Origin: Pyrococcus kukulkanii
GTDB taxonomy: Archaea; Methanobacteriota_B; Thermococci; Thermococcales; Thermococcaceae
Direction: 5' to 3'
Assembly (NCBI RefSeq): GCF_041647995.1
Contig: NZ_JARRIB010000002.1
Coordinates: forward strand, 280,432-312,431
Length of the DNA stretch: 32,000 nucleotides
A model generated the notes under the pieces. That model had not been told where the DNA came from. It did no database searches and was given only the letters and a program-made list of their open reading frames with translations. Positions within the stretch are counted from its first letter, which is position 1; each line of letters starts with the position of its first letter. The position numbers and the translations under genes were made by a program. Shown here piece by piece: positions 18,178 through 28,857 of this stretch.

Positions 18178-18720
18178 ATGAGGTTCTTCGTAAGCGGAAT
18201 GCCCGGAGTTGGAAAGACGACATTGGCCAAGAGGATAGCGGATGAAATAAGGCGAGAGGGCTACAAAGTTGGAGGAATAATAACTCAGGAAATAAGGAGT
18301 GGTTCGAAAAGGGTAGGCTTTAAGGTGATAGCTATAGACACTGGCGAGATCGGTAGGCTAGCGTACGTTGGTTACGGACAGCCAAGGCTTGGTAAGTACG
18401 TGATAGACGTTGAAGGGTTTGAGAGGGTTGCGATTCCAGCGATATCAAGAGCTCTAAGAGAGGCTAACTTAATTGTAATAGATGAGATAGGACCAATGGA
18501 GTTCAAGAGCAATGAATTCCTGAAGGCACTTGGCCTAGTGCTCAAGAGTGAAAAGCCCCTACTAGCTACGGTTCACAGAAGATTAGTCGACAGGTACAGG
18601 CCTCTAGGGGAGTACTACTGGTTGACCCCGGAGAATAGAAACGAAGTTTTCGCGGAGATCCTAGGGAAGATTAAGAGGGGACTGAAAAATGAGAACCCAG
18701 GTGATAAAGCCAAGGATTAG
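18178..18720 (+). CDS. Nucleoside-triphosphatase, THEP1/NTPase_1 family
   Basis: P-loop [12 protein letters not shown] and Walker [12 protein letters not shown]. The size of 180 aa is typical of the family. Confidence 0.85.
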   Translation: MRFFVSGMPGVGKTTLAKRIADEIRREGYKVGGIITQEIRSGSKRVGFKVIAIDTGEIGRLAYVGYGQPRLGKYVIDVEGFERVAIPAISRALREANLIVIDEIGPMEFKSNEFLKALGLVLKSEKPLLATVHRRLVDRYRPLGEYYWLTPENRNEVFAEILGKIKRGLKNENPGDKAKD

Positions 18721-19525
18721 GGAAATCCTTTCCAAAGAACTTCCTCCTGGGCTTGTGAAGTTGCTCCCAAAGAGGTGGGTCAAGATAGGGGATGTTATAT
18801 TACTTCCACTTAGACCGGAGCTTGAGCCCTACAAGTGTAGGATAGCTCGAGTGTACGCTGAGGTCATTGGGGCAAAGGCCGTCTTGAGGAAGGGCCACAT
18901 ACACGGGGAAACGAGAAAACCAGATTACGAACTACTTTATGGACAGGACACAATAACGGTTCACGTTGAGAACGGGATTAAGTATAAGCTCGATGTTGCC
19001 AGGATAATGTTCTCTCCTGCGAACGTCAAAGAGAGGGTTAGAATGGCGAGCATTGCCAAGCCTGACGAGTTAGTTGTCGACATGTTCGCCGGTATAGGAC
19101 ACTTAAGCCTCCCAATAGCCGTTCACTGTAAGGCTAGGGTAATAGCGATAGAAAAAGACCCTTACACCTTCAAGTTCTTGGTCGAAAACATTCACCTTAA
19201 CAAAGTTCAAGACAGGATGACGGCTTACAACATGGACAACAGAGACTTCCCTGGGGAGAATATAGCCGATAGAATACTTATGGGATACGTTGTTAAAACC
19301 CACGAATTCATCCCCAAGGCCCTTGAAATAGCCAAGGACGAGGCAATAATTCACTATCACAACACCGTTCCCGAAAAGTTAATGCCAAGGGAGCCCTTTG
19401 AAACTTTCAGAAGAATGGCTAAGGAACATGGATATGAAGTTGAAAAGTTAAATGAACTCAGAATAAAGAGGTACGCCCCAGGAGTCTGGCACGTCGTCTT
19501 GGATTTGAGAGTATACAAGACCTGA
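18689..19525 (+). CDS. taw2: Trm5/Tyw2-family SAM enzyme, most like Taw2 (tRNA-Phe 4-demethylwyosine aminocarboxypropyltransferase)
   Basis: SAM motif [15 protein letters not shown], plus YNMDNRDF and ADRILMGY blocks. The 278 aa length matches the short Taw2 class rather than the longer Trm5a/b. The start overlaps THEP1 by 32 nt. Confidence 0.82.
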   Translation: MRTQVIKPRIREILSKELPPGLVKLLPKRWVKIGDVILLPLRPELEPYKCRIARVYAEVIGAKAVLRKGHIHGETRKPDYELLYGQDTITVHVENGIKYKLDVARIMFSPANVKERVRMASIAKPDELVVDMFAGIGHLSLPIAVHCKARVIAIEKDPYTFKFLVENIHLNKVQDRMTAYNMDNRDFPGENIADRILMGYVVKTHEFIPKALEIAKDEAIIHYHNTVPEKLMPREPFETFRRMAKEHGYEVEKLNELRIKRYAPGVWHVVLDLRVYKT

Positions 19526-19535
19526 GGGGGTTAAC

Positions 19536-20240
19536 ATGGTAACATTCCTGACCGTGGGCGAGAAGCCCAACAGGGATGGGGTAATGTACGTGGCAAGGCT
19601 CCTTAGAAGGGAAGGCTTAGTAGATGATTATGTAATAACGGAGAACCCCAGGGAAGACAGGATTTACGTTGTTGGTGATCATTCCGGAACTTACAGTATC
19701 CTCCAGATCCTAAAACCGCGCTCTGTATTAAGCATAGATGCCCACACTGATTTGATGCAGGATTATTTTGATCATGCTTCATGGCTTGCCTACGCACTTA
19801 AGGATAAGATAGTTGAGAGGGCTAGCGTTATAGGGGCAGTTTTAATGATTCCTACCACTGAAAGAACAAAGCTATGGACGAAGAACGTTAAAATATTCCC
19901 AGCTCTCCCAAGAACCAGGAGAGTGAGAGGAAGGTGGAGGAGATACATGAACCTAGAGCAGCATAGACTTGAGGTTATAGATGAAGCTAGGAGATTCCTT
20001 GGTGACGAGATTTATCTCACGATAGACCTAGATGTGTTGAGGCCAGAATACAGGATAGCTAGGTTCCAGCATGGAGAGTTAACACTAAAGGAACTGATGA
20101 AGATCGTGGAGGCTATATTTGAGAAATTTAATGTCGTTGCAGCTGACATTGCAGAGGTTAGCGATAGGGTGGCGAGATCAAAGCTTGGTAGAAGAGCAGT
20201 AATAGAGGTGTTCTCTTTAATCAGGGAGGTGATGGGATGA
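19536..20240 (+). CDS. Short arginase/agmatinase-fold (ureohydrolase family) protein
   Basis: Metal-ligand blocks are retained: VGDHSGT, SIDAHTDL, TIDLDVLRP, AADIAEV. At 234 aa it is shorter than canonical family members. Confidence 0.7.
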   Translation: MVTFLTVGEKPNRDGVMYVARLLRREGLVDDYVITENPREDRIYVVGDHSGTYSILQILKPRSVLSIDAHTDLMQDYFDHASWLAYALKDKIVERASVIGAVLMIPTTERTKLWTKNVKIFPALPRTRRVRGRWRRYMNLEQHRLEVIDEARRFLGDEIYLTIDLDVLRPEYRIARFQHGELTLKELMKIVEAIFEKFNVVAADIAEVSDRVARSKLGRRAVIEVFSLIREVMG

Positions 20241-20554
20241 TTACGGATGAAGAAATCAGGAAGGTCATAGCACCTTTACTACTTTCAGGTGCAAAGATGC
20301 TTGACAAACACTGTCCTAAGTGCGGTTCTCCCCTTTTCGAAAAAGATGGCAGGGTATTCTGCCCAGTTTGTGAGTATAGGGAAAAGAGGGTGAAGAAGGA
20401 GCTTAAGGGGATCGAGGAGGTTCTAATGGAAAAGTTTAAAGAGCTAGCGAATTCAATGCCTACGGAAGTTGAAAAACTTAAGCCTCACCTTGAGGCTATG
20501 GAGAAGCTACTAACAATAATTGAGAGGTATAAAAAGCTGGAGGGAGGAAAATGA
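20237..20554 (+). CDS. UPF0148 / autoantigen p27-like zinc-ribbon protein
   Basis: HCPKCGSPLFEKDGRVFCPVCEY zinc ribbon followed by a helical tail. ATGA overlaps on both sides. Confidence 0.7.
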   Translation: MITDEEIRKVIAPLLLSGAKMLDKHCPKCGSPLFEKDGRVFCPVCEYREKRVKKELKGIEEVLMEKFKELANSMPTEVEKLKPHLEAMEKLLTIIERYKKLEGGK

Positions 20555-20763
20555 AGCACTTAAGGATACTAAAAGTCCTTGAAAGTGGTGAGAAGAGTGA
20601 AGAAGAAATAGCCAAAGTGACTGGACTCTCAAGACTTGAAACGAGAAGATTTCTCCTTAGGCTTGCTGAACAAGGAAAAGTTGAGAGCTTCCAGAGAGAG
20701 GGCCAAATTTTCTGGAAGATAAGGGAGAAGAGGCCAGAAGAAGAGGAATTTAAGTACCTCTAG
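20551..20763 (+). CDS. Small winged-helix DNA-binding-like protein (70 aa)
   Basis: ILKVLESGEKSEEEIAKVTGLSRLETRRFLLRLAEQGKV resembles a wHTH. Translationally coupled to the upstream gene. Confidence 0.55.
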   Translation: MKHLRILKVLESGEKSEEEIAKVTGLSRLETRRFLLRLAEQGKVESFQREGQIFWKIREKRPEEEEFKYL

Positions 20764-20768
20764 GCGTT

Positions 20769-21563
20769 CTAGGCGTTCTCTGCCTTCTCCCAGTACTCCT
20801 CAAACTTCTTCTTGAATAAGTTGACGACCCTGTGGTCTTTGATCCATACCTGGGTCTCATAATTGAAGTACCTTGCTGCAAGATCTTCAAGTGCAAAGAA
20901 CACTTCCTCATCGCAGACCAGCATTGGAAGGTCAAATTTCTCGAGAACCTTAAGCTCAATCTTTCCATCGTTTGCATATTGAACGATCTTTGAACCCTTT
21001 ATTCTGGGTAGTAGGCTCTTGGTTAGGATAATTCTTGCCTTGACACCCCTGTCAACGGCCTTAATTATATCGTCCTCAAGGTTGATTGCTATGAAGCCAT
21101 CATCTGCAAGGAGAAGCTCATTCTGAACTTCCTCAAGCATCTCCTTAGTCTTAAGGGTTGAGTTCTTGATTCCCCTGACGACCCAAACCCTCTCGACCCC
21201 GTACTTTGGAACCTCTGTTTCTATTAATGGAGCCATGAGCTCGAGTAGCTCCTCCTTAGCCTTCTTCTTTGCCTCAAGTTCCTCCTTAACTCTTTCCTGC
21301 CACTCCTGAATGAACTTTTCGAGGATGTTAGCTGGATGTACTGGCCTGTACTTGTTCGTCTTTCCTGGCTGATTCATTGCGAAGCCCTTCTTCTCAAGGC
21401 TCCTCAGAACGTCGTAAGTTCTTGGAGCAGGCACCTCGGAAACACTTGCCAACTCAGCAGGTGTAAGAACACCAAACGCTACTAAGGCAACATAAGCTCT
21501 GGCCTCATATAAGTTCAACTCAAAATGTTCTTGTAATAGCTCTACCATTCTGTCCTTGCTCAT
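20769..21563 (-). CDS. trmBL2: TrmB-family DNA-binding protein, TrmBL2-like (chromatin-associated regulator of Thermococcales)
   Basis: N-terminal TrmB wHTH LYEARAYVALVAFGVLTPAELASVSEVPAPRTYDVLRSLEKKGF, a coiled-coil linker and a C-terminal TrmB-like domain. The size of about 264 aa from ATG 21563 (MSKDRMVELL) and the position next to reverse gyrase fit my recollection of TrmBL2. Confidence 0.8.
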   Translation of the reverse strand: MSKDRMVELLQEHFELNLYEARAYVALVAFGVLTPAELASVSEVPAPRTYDVLRSLEKKGFAMNQPGKTNKYRPVHPANILEKFIQEWQERVKEELEAKKKAKEELLELMAPLIETEVPKYGVERVWVVRGIKNSTLKTKEMLEEVQNELLLADDGFIAINLEDDIIKAVDRGVKARIILTKSLLPRIKGSKIVQYANDGKIELKVLEKFDLPMLVCDEEVFFALEDLAARYFNYETQVWIKDHRVVNLFKKKFEEYWEKAENA

Positions 21564-21609
21564 CTTTACCACCATCACAAACTTGTCAATACAAATGGAG
21601 CTTAACTGT

Positions 21610-21617
21610 TATATAAA
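21610..21617 (-). promoter_or_regulatory. TATA box (TTTATATA on minus strand) for the trmBL2-like gene
   Basis: Exact TTTATATA about 50 nt upstream of ATG 21563, within a 230-nt AT-rich intergenic region. Confidence 0.5.
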
Positions 21618-21808
21618 AGTTTCCCCACATTATTATAAAGCTTTAACCTTATATTATCGAAGAGCTAAATACTTATTATCTTCATAGCTGGATTGCATGG
21701 TTATGCATATAATTTCTACCTAATAAGATTTTTGATAATACCATGCTAACCAAATGCAGATTAATAGTTCCAAATATGGAACACTAACTTGGAAAAGGAA
21801 AATTGAAT

Positions 21809-24800
21809 TCAGGAAGATGTGACGTATCTCCGAATTTCTTCATAAAGCTCATTAAGAACTTCCTGATAATTGGCCTTAGCTTCTTCAATATCATCCATGA
21901 TTTTCTCCAATTGTCTTGTCCTTTCCTCGCTTACTAAGTCTTTGTATTTGCTTACTAAATAATGGTAGACCTTTATTCCTTTATCTGTGGGAACCAGCTT
22001 CTTTTTACCCTTTGTTTCTATTACATAGCCCCTCTGTAAGAGAGTCTGGACAATCTTTGCGTAGGTTGAGGGCCTACCGATTCCCCTCTCCTTCATTAGT
22101 GCAATAACATCACCCTGGGTGTACAGTGATACCTTTGGAGCTCTCCAGTGTCTTACATCTTTCACCTTGATCTTCTGGCCCTTCTCGAGCTTAGGCATCT
22201 GCTTTAGGGGTAACGGCTTTACCTTAGACCACCCGTCATATAGTACCTCAATATATCCCTCAACCTCAACGTCTCCAAACGGGGTCTCGAGGACTGCCTT
22301 TTCATAGACAACTTTAGCCGGCTTCATCTGGCTTGCTATGAATCTCCTAAATATCATATCGTAAAGTTTGAAATGGTCTCTCGTTAAGTTCCTGGGGAGC
22401 GTTATTATGCCGTCTCTAATTAGCTGAATTAGCCTTCCAGTATCTATAGGCCTTGTTGGTCTTATCGCTTCATGGGCCCCTTCTTCGCCCCACTTCCTTG
22501 GAGCAAAGTACTCTTCCCCAATCTCCTGGGTTATGTACTCCTTAGCTATCTCTATTCCGGTATTGCTCACGTGAGTTGAATCAGTTCTGTGATAGCTCGT
22601 TAGACCTAACTCGAAAAGATCCTGGGCTAGCTGCATGGTCTTCGTTGCAGAAAAGCCCAGGAACCTTGAAGCATCCTGAAGCATTGCATCGGTGGTGTAC
22701 GGTGGAAGTGGATTGATTTCCCTTTCCTCTATCGTTACCTCCTTAACCGTGACCTCCTCAATTTTGCCTTTAACCCCCTCAAGGGTCACGCTTATGCCGT
22801 TTTCAAGGGTTATCCCCAGGAAGTCCGTTTCACTCTCGGTAAACTCCTTGTACCTCTGGACTATCCATCCCAGGACAGGAGTTTGAACTCTACCCGCGGA
22901 GAGGTTCCTGTTCTCGAAGACTTGCCACAGCTTTTGGCTCAGCTCAAACCCTATCCATCTGTCCTCTATTCTCCTGACGAGCTGGGCATTTACCCTGTCC
23001 TCATTTATGTCCCTTGCCTCCTTTATCGCCTTGAGAATTGCTGGCCTCGTTACCTCGTGGAACTCTATCCTCTTTATGTTCGGGGCATATGGAGATAGAA
23101 CGTTTCTTATATCCCAGGCTATCTTCTCTCCCTCTGTATCTGGGTCTGTACCGATTAATATCTCATCAACTTCTTGGGCAAGATCTCTCATCGCCTTGAC
23201 GTTTTCAAGGGCGTCATGAACGTTTCTGCTTCCACACTTAGGGCAAACCCCTTTCTGCTCCCAGTCAACAAACTGGTGACCGCAATCCCTGCACCTCTTG
23301 ATTGTGTCATAGACGGGAACGAAATACTTCTTTCCTTCCCTCTCAAGCATTAAAACTCCATGATAACCTTCCGTGGTGACGAGATCGAACATATGGCCCC
23401 CACTGGCTAATATCGTGAGCATCTTATCTCCAATGCTGACCTCATAAGCGACAAGATCTCCAATTCTCCTCTTGCTTGGCTGGCCGAAGAAGTTCGCTAT
23501 TGTTCTCGCTTTATTTGGACTCTCCACAATCATTAAGGCGGATTTTACGAGATCCTTTACCTGCTCGCTTATCTTGCCCTCAATTACTAATTTTACCTTT
23601 TCCCTATCTCTATCAATCTCCTTGAGGATCTCCTCAAGGTCGATCTCATCGAACCTCTTTATCTCGAACTCTACAAAGCGCCAGCGCATTTGCCTCACTA
23701 GGCCATTAAAGACTTTCTGATCATCGACAAGGATAACGCTGAGCCCCTTTGTGATTCCTCCAGCAAAGAGTCTTGACGTTCTTCCACTTGCCTGGATGTA
23801 GGTTCTTACATCTGGAATTTCAATGTACCACTTCTCACCCTCTTTCTTTAAGCTTAGGAAGGGATTTTCGGCTATTTTCCTAAGAACTTCCTCATCCTTG
23901 AGGACAGATCTCAAGAACTCAACGGCCTGCCTGAACACCTCAAGGACATGATTGTGGAACCCTTCAAGCTCTAGGCTCTCCGCTAGGGCTTCCTCTATCT
24001 TCATAAGCTCAAACTGGGGAATGTTCCTGATAAGTCTCCTGAGCCTTGCGTATAATTTTTCTCCCTCGCTCCTCCTTTCCTCAGGTAGGAACTCAAGGAT
24101 TTCACTCATTAGGCCAAGAACCCTGTAGATTGTAGGTTGCTCGAGATCAAGAGAAAACCTGAACTTTGGAACCCCTGTGAATATTGCGAATCTTATAAGG
24201 TGAGGCAGGTCTAACCCCCTAACTATGGTTCCATAATAAGTTGCGACGCCAACCAGATAATCTACCTCCTCCTGCTCAAAGAGCTCCAATCCCTTCTTGT
24301 TCTTAGCGGAGACTAGCTCAACCTTGAAGCCTCTCTCCCTCAGATAATTGGCTAGGTGCTCCGCATACTCTATTCCCTTGTCAATTGGGACAAAGATTAA
24401 GCCTCCTTTACCCAGCTTTTTCAGCAACTCTGCAACATGCTCCTCCATGCTCTTATCTGGGATTATGTATGTGTCAACTATGTTCCTAAGGACGCTCCTC
24501 CCGCTTCCAACTTCAAAGCCCAAAAGTTCACGATAAAGCTTAATTCTATCGCCTTTCGCGCTTCCCGTAGCAGATGCCACTATTAGAATTCCTATCTCAT
24601 TTTCTCTTTTGTACCTCTCAATTTCCCTCTCAAGCTTCTCGATTTCTTTGTTTAGCTTCTCTATTTCTTCGTTAGAATTCTCCTTTGAAAGAAGTTTTGC
24701 TAGTTGCTTCTTCAGCTTTATTATCTCCCAGGCCTTCCCTATAATCTCCTCATTAAAGCCAAGCATTAAAAGTGACCTATCTATGTTCTTACTTGCCTTA

Positions 24801-25456
24801 AGGAATGCATCAACGTCATCAACGAATATCAAGTCAAAGTGCTTGTCCTTTAAAAGTTCATCGAACCTAGTCGCCAAAAACTGGCTTGACGTTACAAGGA
24901 TGTCAAAATCTCCTGATCTTATTTTTTCTAGGGCTTCCTCTTTCTCCTTTTTCTTTAAATTGCCGTGATAGTAGACAAGTTTTACAGAAACGCCAGCCCT
25001 TTCAATCATTCCCTTTATCTTTTTAACTGTCTGGATTACGAGAGGCGTTGTCGGAACTACAATGTAGCTTTTCTTTCCCTTAGTTGCGAAGTATATCGAA
25101 ATGAAGGCACCAAATGTGCTCTTCCCCATTCCTGTGGGGGCGATTATGGAGAAGCTCTTCCCCTTGATTATTCTTTTAACCCAGGTTCTCTGAGCACTCC
25201 AAAACGTAAAGCCTGTGGCTTTTTTAAAGAACTCCTCAACATCTCCAACCTCTTTATTTAACCTGTATACCTCCTCCCACTCTTTTAGCGTTCCCCTAAG
25301 TTTTAGAGCGTTCCTCACAGCCGCTATTAGCTTGAAGTAATCTTCATGAATTTCAGGCTCATCAAGGCACGCATCACACGGATTCTTGCTGGCAAGCCTA
25401 TCGTCGGTTATGGCACCGCTACAGTTTGGACACATTCCCCTATAAATCGCCTTCAT
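21809..25456 (-). CDS. rgy: Reverse gyrase
   Basis: 1215 aa with, in order:
- an N-terminal zinc finger (CPNCSG...CDAC)
- an SF2 helicase module ([17 protein letters not shown])
- TOPRIM ([24 protein letters not shown])
- an internal zinc ribbon (CRDCGH...CPKCG)
- the type IA active-site Tyr block LTSYHRTDS
The motifs are contiguous, so no intein is present. Confidence 0.97.
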   Translation of the reverse strand: MKAIYRGMCPNCSGAITDDRLASKNPCDACLDEPEIHEDYFKLIAAVRNALKLRGTLKEWEEVYRLNKEVGDVEEFFKKATGFTFWSAQRTWVKRIIKGKSFSIIAPTGMGKSTFGAFISIYFATKGKKSYIVVPTTPLVIQTVKKIKGMIERAGVSVKLVYYHGNLKKKEKEEALEKIRSGDFDILVTSSQFLATRFDELLKDKHFDLIFVDDVDAFLKASKNIDRSLLMLGFNEEIIGKAWEIIKLKKQLAKLLSKENSNEEIEKLNKEIEKLEREIERYKRENEIGILIVASATGSAKGDRIKLYRELLGFEVGSGRSVLRNIVDTYIIPDKSMEEHVAELLKKLGKGGLIFVPIDKGIEYAEHLANYLRERGFKVELVSAKNKKGLELFEQEEVDYLVGVATYYGTIVRGLDLPHLIRFAIFTGVPKFRFSLDLEQPTIYRVLGLMSEILEFLPEERRSEGEKLYARLRRLIRNIPQFELMKIEEALAESLELEGFHNHVLEVFRQAVEFLRSVLKDEEVLRKIAENPFLSLKKEGEKWYIEIPDVRTYIQASGRTSRLFAGGITKGLSVILVDDQKVFNGLVRQMRWRFVEFEIKRFDEIDLEEILKEIDRDREKVKLVIEGKISEQVKDLVKSALMIVESPNKARTIANFFGQPSKRRIGDLVAYEVSIGDKMLTILASGGHMFDLVTTEGYHGVLMLEREGKKYFVPVYDTIKRCRDCGHQFVDWEQKGVCPKCGSRNVHDALENVKAMRDLAQEVDEILIGTDPDTEGEKIAWDIRNVLSPYAPNIKRIEFHEVTRPAILKAIKEARDINEDRVNAQLVRRIEDRWIGFELSQKLWQVFENRNLSAGRVQTPVLGWIVQRYKEFTESETDFLGITLENGISVTLEGVKGKIEEVTVKEVTIEEREINPLPPYTTDAMLQDASRFLGFSATKTMQLAQDLFELGLTSYHRTDSTHVSNTGIEIAKEYITQEIGEEYFAPRKWGEEGAHEAIRPTRPIDTGRLIQLIRDGIITLPRNLTRDHFKLYDMIFRRFIASQMKPAKVVYEKAVLETPFGDVEVEGYIEVLYDGWSKVKPLPLKQMPKLEKGQKIKVKDVRHWRAPKVSLYTQGDVIALMKERGIGRPSTYAKIVQTLLQRGYVIETKGKKKLVPTDKGIKVYHYLVSKYKDLVSEERTRQLEKIMDDIEEAKANYQEVLNELYEEIRRYVTSS

Positions 25457-25592
25457 AACTTCTCCCTCTTACTTTTACTTCGACTTATTCCTTCTTAAAA
25501 AGGTTTTCTAAGGGCCCTAAATCAGAAAATTAATCTTATCTAATTCAGAAATAGTTATATCTCACTGGAAATAACTACCTATGGGATGAGAA

Positions 25593-26012
25593 ATGTTCGA
25601 AGGTAGTGAGTATGACAGGTGGATAAGACAAGCGGAGAGAACATTAAAGTCTGCAGAGAGGGATTTAGAGCATAAAGATTATGAGTGGGCAAGCTTTAAG
25701 GCACAGCAAGCGGCGGAATTAGCAATGAAAGCAATAACAAGGGCTCTCGGAATTATGCTCCCAGGTCACTCCATAACGAAACTCCTTAAAGCCTTAGAGG
25801 AGCATGGAATTAAGGTACCTGAGGAACTCTATAATATGGCAATGGAGCTTGACAGGAACTACATAACATCAAGGTATCCCTTAGCATACTCTGAAGGTTC
25901 TCCCTACGAGTACTACTCGGAAGAGATAGCGAGGAAGCTGATAAATTATGCAAAGGAATTAGTGGAATTTGGAAAAAGAATAGCAGTTCAAAAGGTCGAA
26001 GGCGGAGAATGA
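25593..26012 (+). CDS. HEPN domain protein (solo, no adjacent nucleotidyltransferase partner)
   Basis: 139 aa all-helical protein with an N-terminal WIRQAERTLKSAERDL helix and the RNYITSRYP motif typical of archaeal HEPN (MNT-HEPN type) proteins. Confidence 0.78.
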   Translation: MFEGSEYDRWIRQAERTLKSAERDLEHKDYEWASFKAQQAAELAMKAITRALGIMLPGHSITKLLKALEEHGIKVPEELYNMAMELDRNYITSRYPLAYSEGSPYEYYSEEIARKLINYAKELVEFGKRIAVQKVEGGE

Positions 26013-26779
26013 ATAATTTCCTCTGCAACATTTTTTCTTGGCTTTCTGAATACTATGACATCGGAAACTCCATGCACTCCATGCTGAAATCTATCAAGAA
26101 GCTTGTACTCCTTAAAGAATATTAAGCCGATGGCAAGTTGAGAGGCTAGATCCCAGAGCCTGTGGTATTCTTCAGTGACCTTCTCGAACCCTGGAAGCTT
26201 ATAATAAGTCCTCTTAAATGCTCCCCTCCTCTTATCGTAGCCTGAATGCACCGACACCAGCTGATAATCTTCCCCCTCGCTCTCAACGAGGAAGTCCTTA
26301 TAACCTATCATGTACATTATCCCATAAACTCTATCGGTCTCTTCGATCACGAAGTATCCATCCTTCGAGAGGATTAGGGCAACTGAAGCAAACAGTTTTA
26401 TTGCATCAAATGCATCGAAGTGAGGCATCGTCAATCCCCAAAGCACTGCGATATCGTGTTCTCCAACGAGCTCGTGAACACTTCTAGCGTCTCCAACGAC
26501 TTTATCTACTTGTACTTCTCTCCCTGAAATCCTAATCCACTCGTCGACCTTCTCCAAATCATCTCTTCTCATATCAAGAACTGTAAGTTTTGAGGCGTTG
26601 GTAGCTAAAGCAAAGGCGCCCGCTATTCCCGTTCCAGCACAGATATCTAGTATTCTCCCATTTCTTGGAAGTTCAAGCTTTTTTGCCACCTCAACTATCC
26701 TCTGGAATCGCTTCCTTGCCCCTTCATCTTCGGGATCCATTCTCCACCTTAGATACCTGTATAGTTCTTCAAGTGACAT
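25988..26779 (-). CDS. Class I SAM-dependent methyltransferase (substrate unknown)
   Basis: Motif I ILDICAGTGIAG, post-I acidic VLDM, and VVGDA. No DPPY/NPPY or PCQ DNA-methyltransferase motifs. The start lies 23 nt downstream of the topA stop. Confidence 0.8.
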   Translation of the reverse strand: MSLEELYRYLRWRMDPEDEGARKRFQRIVEVAKKLELPRNGRILDICAGTGIAGAFALATNASKLTVLDMRRDDLEKVDEWIRISGREVQVDKVVGDARSVHELVGEHDIAVLWGLTMPHFDAFDAIKLFASVALILSKDGYFVIEETDRVYGIMYMIGYKDFLVESEGEDYQLVSVHSGYDKRRGAFKRTYYKLPGFEKVTEEYHRLWDLASQLAIGLIFFKEYKLLDRFQHGVHGVSDVIVFRKPRKNVAEEIIHSPPSTF

Positions 26780-26802
26780 AGGATGAATAAAGGTGAATTA
26801 TT

Positions 26803-28857
26803 TTAAATACCTTCCCACCCCTTGCAGTTCATATCGAGACAGATCACCCTCCTTTCCTTCCCATCCTTAATTATGACTATGGGGGCACCATTGCAACACG
26901 TTCTTCCTGTGGGGATTATCTCACCTTTCTGAAGGATTGGATAGGTAACATCGCACTTAGGCCAGTTTGAGCAACCAATGAATCTCTTTCCCGTTTTCTT
27001 GTTGTACTTAACAATTAGATCTCCTCCGCACTTTGGACACTTTCCAACTACGAGAGGTTTTTCTACCTTATCTTCTCCGACGACTATTTTAGCCAGCTCA
27101 GTGCCAATTTCGAGTTCTTTCTTTTTGAACTCCTCAAGTATCTTGGTTAATTTTTGCTTTGCCTCTTCGATGACTTCCTCTTTAGTGAGCTTTCCCTGCA
27201 TTATAAGTTCCATCTTCTTCTCGAATTCTCTCGTTAGCTCAACGCTGATTATCTCAGGGACGTACTTTTCTAGGGTCTCAATAACTTTCATTCCCAGGGG
27301 AGTTACTTTTATGCTCTTCTTCCCCTCTATATAGCCCCTCTGATATAGTGTTTCGAGGATTTGAGCTCTGGTCGCCTTTGTTCCTAAGCCAAGGTCTTCC
27401 ATCTTCTTTATTACGGCAGCTGGCGAATACCTTGCTGGGGGCTTGGTCTTCTTTTTCTCCCTCTTTATTTGTAGAACCTTAACTCTCTCTCCAACTAGGA
27501 ACGTTGGGAGAGTTACCTCTTCAAACTTAACGTACTTTCCGTAAACAGCAAGCCATCCCTCTTTGACAGTCCTGCCACCAGAAAGTATGAACTTGTGAGG
27601 GCCAGCTTTAATGGTGACCTTTACGCTCTCCCTTACGGCGGGTTCCATAAATAGCGCGAGGAACCTTCTAACTATCATGTCATAGAGCTTCTCCTCGTCC
27701 TTTGTTAGGTCGCCGGGTCTGGGAACTTCACCCGTTGGATAGATTGCTGGATGTGCTGGATCTTCCTTTTTGCCCTCCACTGGCTTAAGTTCGGGCATGC
27801 CTAAGAGAACATGGGCGTAGGGCCTGTACTGGGGCATCTTGGCTAGGCTTTGAATTATGTACCTAAAGTTCAAGTTCTTTGGTAGTTTTTGACTTTCAGT
27901 CCTGGGGTAAGAAGAGAATCCCTTTTCGTATAGGCTTTGAGCCAAATCTAGGGTTTTCTTGGGGCTGAAACCAAATGCGGAGTAAGCTTCTCTCTGCAGG
28001 GTTCCAAGGTCAAAGGGAACCGGCGGATTTCTTTTTTGTCTTTTAACCTCGATATCGGCTACTCTTACTGGCCCTTTCTTCGCCTCGAGAACTATTCTCT
28101 TCGCCTCGTTCTCATTCCAGACTTTGTCCTTCTCGTAATTGGCGGTGAATTTTTGCCCATTCTTTTCAAGGATAAGCTTTATAACCCAGTAAGGCTTTGG
28201 AACGAAATTCTGAATTTCCCTTTCCCTTTCAACAAGGAACTTTAATGTAGGCCCCTGAACCCTACCTGTGCTTAGGACTATCCATTTTCCGCTAGCCTTC
28301 TTTATTGCGTGGGTTAATGCTCTAGATAGGTTTACTCCCCAGTACCAGTCAAGCACATGCCTTGCGATTCCGGCATTTGCCATTCCAAAGTTTATTGTAG
28401 GCTCAAGATTGTACCATGCCTTCACTAAGTCCCTCTTAGTTAGCGCGGAGAACTTCATCCTCTTCGCTCTCCTGGGATCCACATCGCAGGCGTACTTGAG
28501 AGCTGTGTACCCTATAACTTCGCCTTCGGTATCATAGTCACATGCCACTACGAACTCCTTAACCCTTTTAGCAAGGATTGAGAGAAGCTTTATGTAGTCC
28601 TTAGCGTATTCTTTTCCTTTTTCGGCTATATAAACTGGAACCCACTCTATGTCGAATATTGGGTAGCCAAAGAAATCCTGCTTAGGAGCTAGCCCATAGA
28701 GGTGGCCCACAGCGGGGGCAACGATTAACTTTTTACCATCCCTGAAGAGCTCGTAGTATGGGACTCCAAAAAGGCTCTTCTTTACAGGTCTTCCCTCGGC
28801 TAAAGCTCCAGCTATCTTCCTTGCAACATTGGGCTTTTCGGCAATGATTAGTATCAT
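26803..28857 (-). CDS. topA: DNA topoisomerase I, type IA (Topo III-like)
   Basis: [22 protein letters not shown] and ACDYDTEGE. Active-site Tyr block [13 protein letters not shown]-terminal zinc ribbons (CPKCGGDL...CSNWPKC). ATG 28857 overlaps the upstream TGA as ATGA. Confidence 0.95.
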   Translation of the reverse strand: MILIIAEKPNVARKIAGALAEGRPVKKSLFGVPYYELFRDGKKLIVAPAVGHLYGLAPKQDFFGYPIFDIEWVPVYIAEKGKEYAKDYIKLLSILAKRVKEFVVACDYDTEGEVIGYTALKYACDVDPRRAKRMKFSALTKRDLVKAWYNLEPTINFGMANAGIARHVLDWYWGVNLSRALTHAIKKASGKWIVLSTGRVQGPTLKFLVEREREIQNFVPKPYWVIKLILEKNGQKFTANYEKDKVWNENEAKRIVLEAKKGPVRVADIEVKRQKRNPPVPFDLGTLQREAYSAFGFSPKKTLDLAQSLYEKGFSSYPRTESQKLPKNLNFRYIIQSLAKMPQYRPYAHVLLGMPELKPVEGKKEDPAHPAIYPTGEVPRPGDLTKDEEKLYDMIVRRFLALFMEPAVRESVKVTIKAGPHKFILSGGRTVKEGWLAVYGKYVKFEEVTLPTFLVGERVKVLQIKREKKKTKPPARYSPAAVIKKMEDLGLGTKATRAQILETLYQRGYIEGKKSIKVTPLGMKVIETLEKYVPEIISVELTREFEKKMELIMQGKLTKEEVIEEAKQKLTKILEEFKKKELEIGTELAKIVVGEDKVEKPLVVGKCPKCGGDLIVKYNKKTGKRFIGCSNWPKCDVTYPILQKGEIIPTGRTCCNGAPIVIIKDGKERRVICLDMNCKGWEGI

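Noticed and set aside
20750-20977. 75-aa minus-strand ORF in an alternative frame of the trmBL2-like gene
   Set aside because: It overlaps the well-supported 20769-21563 CDS on the same strand in a different frame, and its Arg/Ser/Thr-rich composition is not protein-like.
21766-21781. Inverted repeat GTTCCA-AATA-TGGAAC, 28 nt downstream of the rgy stop
   Set aside because: A 6-bp AT-containing stem is weak at hyperthermophilic temperatures, and archaeal termination relies on T-runs (present at 21790-21808 on the minus strand). It could be a protein-binding palindrome, but it matches no motif I recognise (it is not SurR GTTn3AAC and not the TGM TATCAC-N5-GTGATA).
21916-25261. Nine plus-strand ORFs of 62-119 aa inside the reverse gyrase gene
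   Set aside because: They are Ser/Leu/Phe-rich and low in complexity. This is the expected antisense shadow of a K/E-rich gene. They have no motifs, and rgy on the opposite strand is unambiguous.
21809-25456. Possible intein in reverse gyrase, as occurs in some Pyrococcus rgy genes
   Set aside because: The length (1215 aa) and the uninterrupted order of helicase and topoisomerase motifs leave no room for an intein. No intein splice-junction or homing-endonuclease motifs were recognised.
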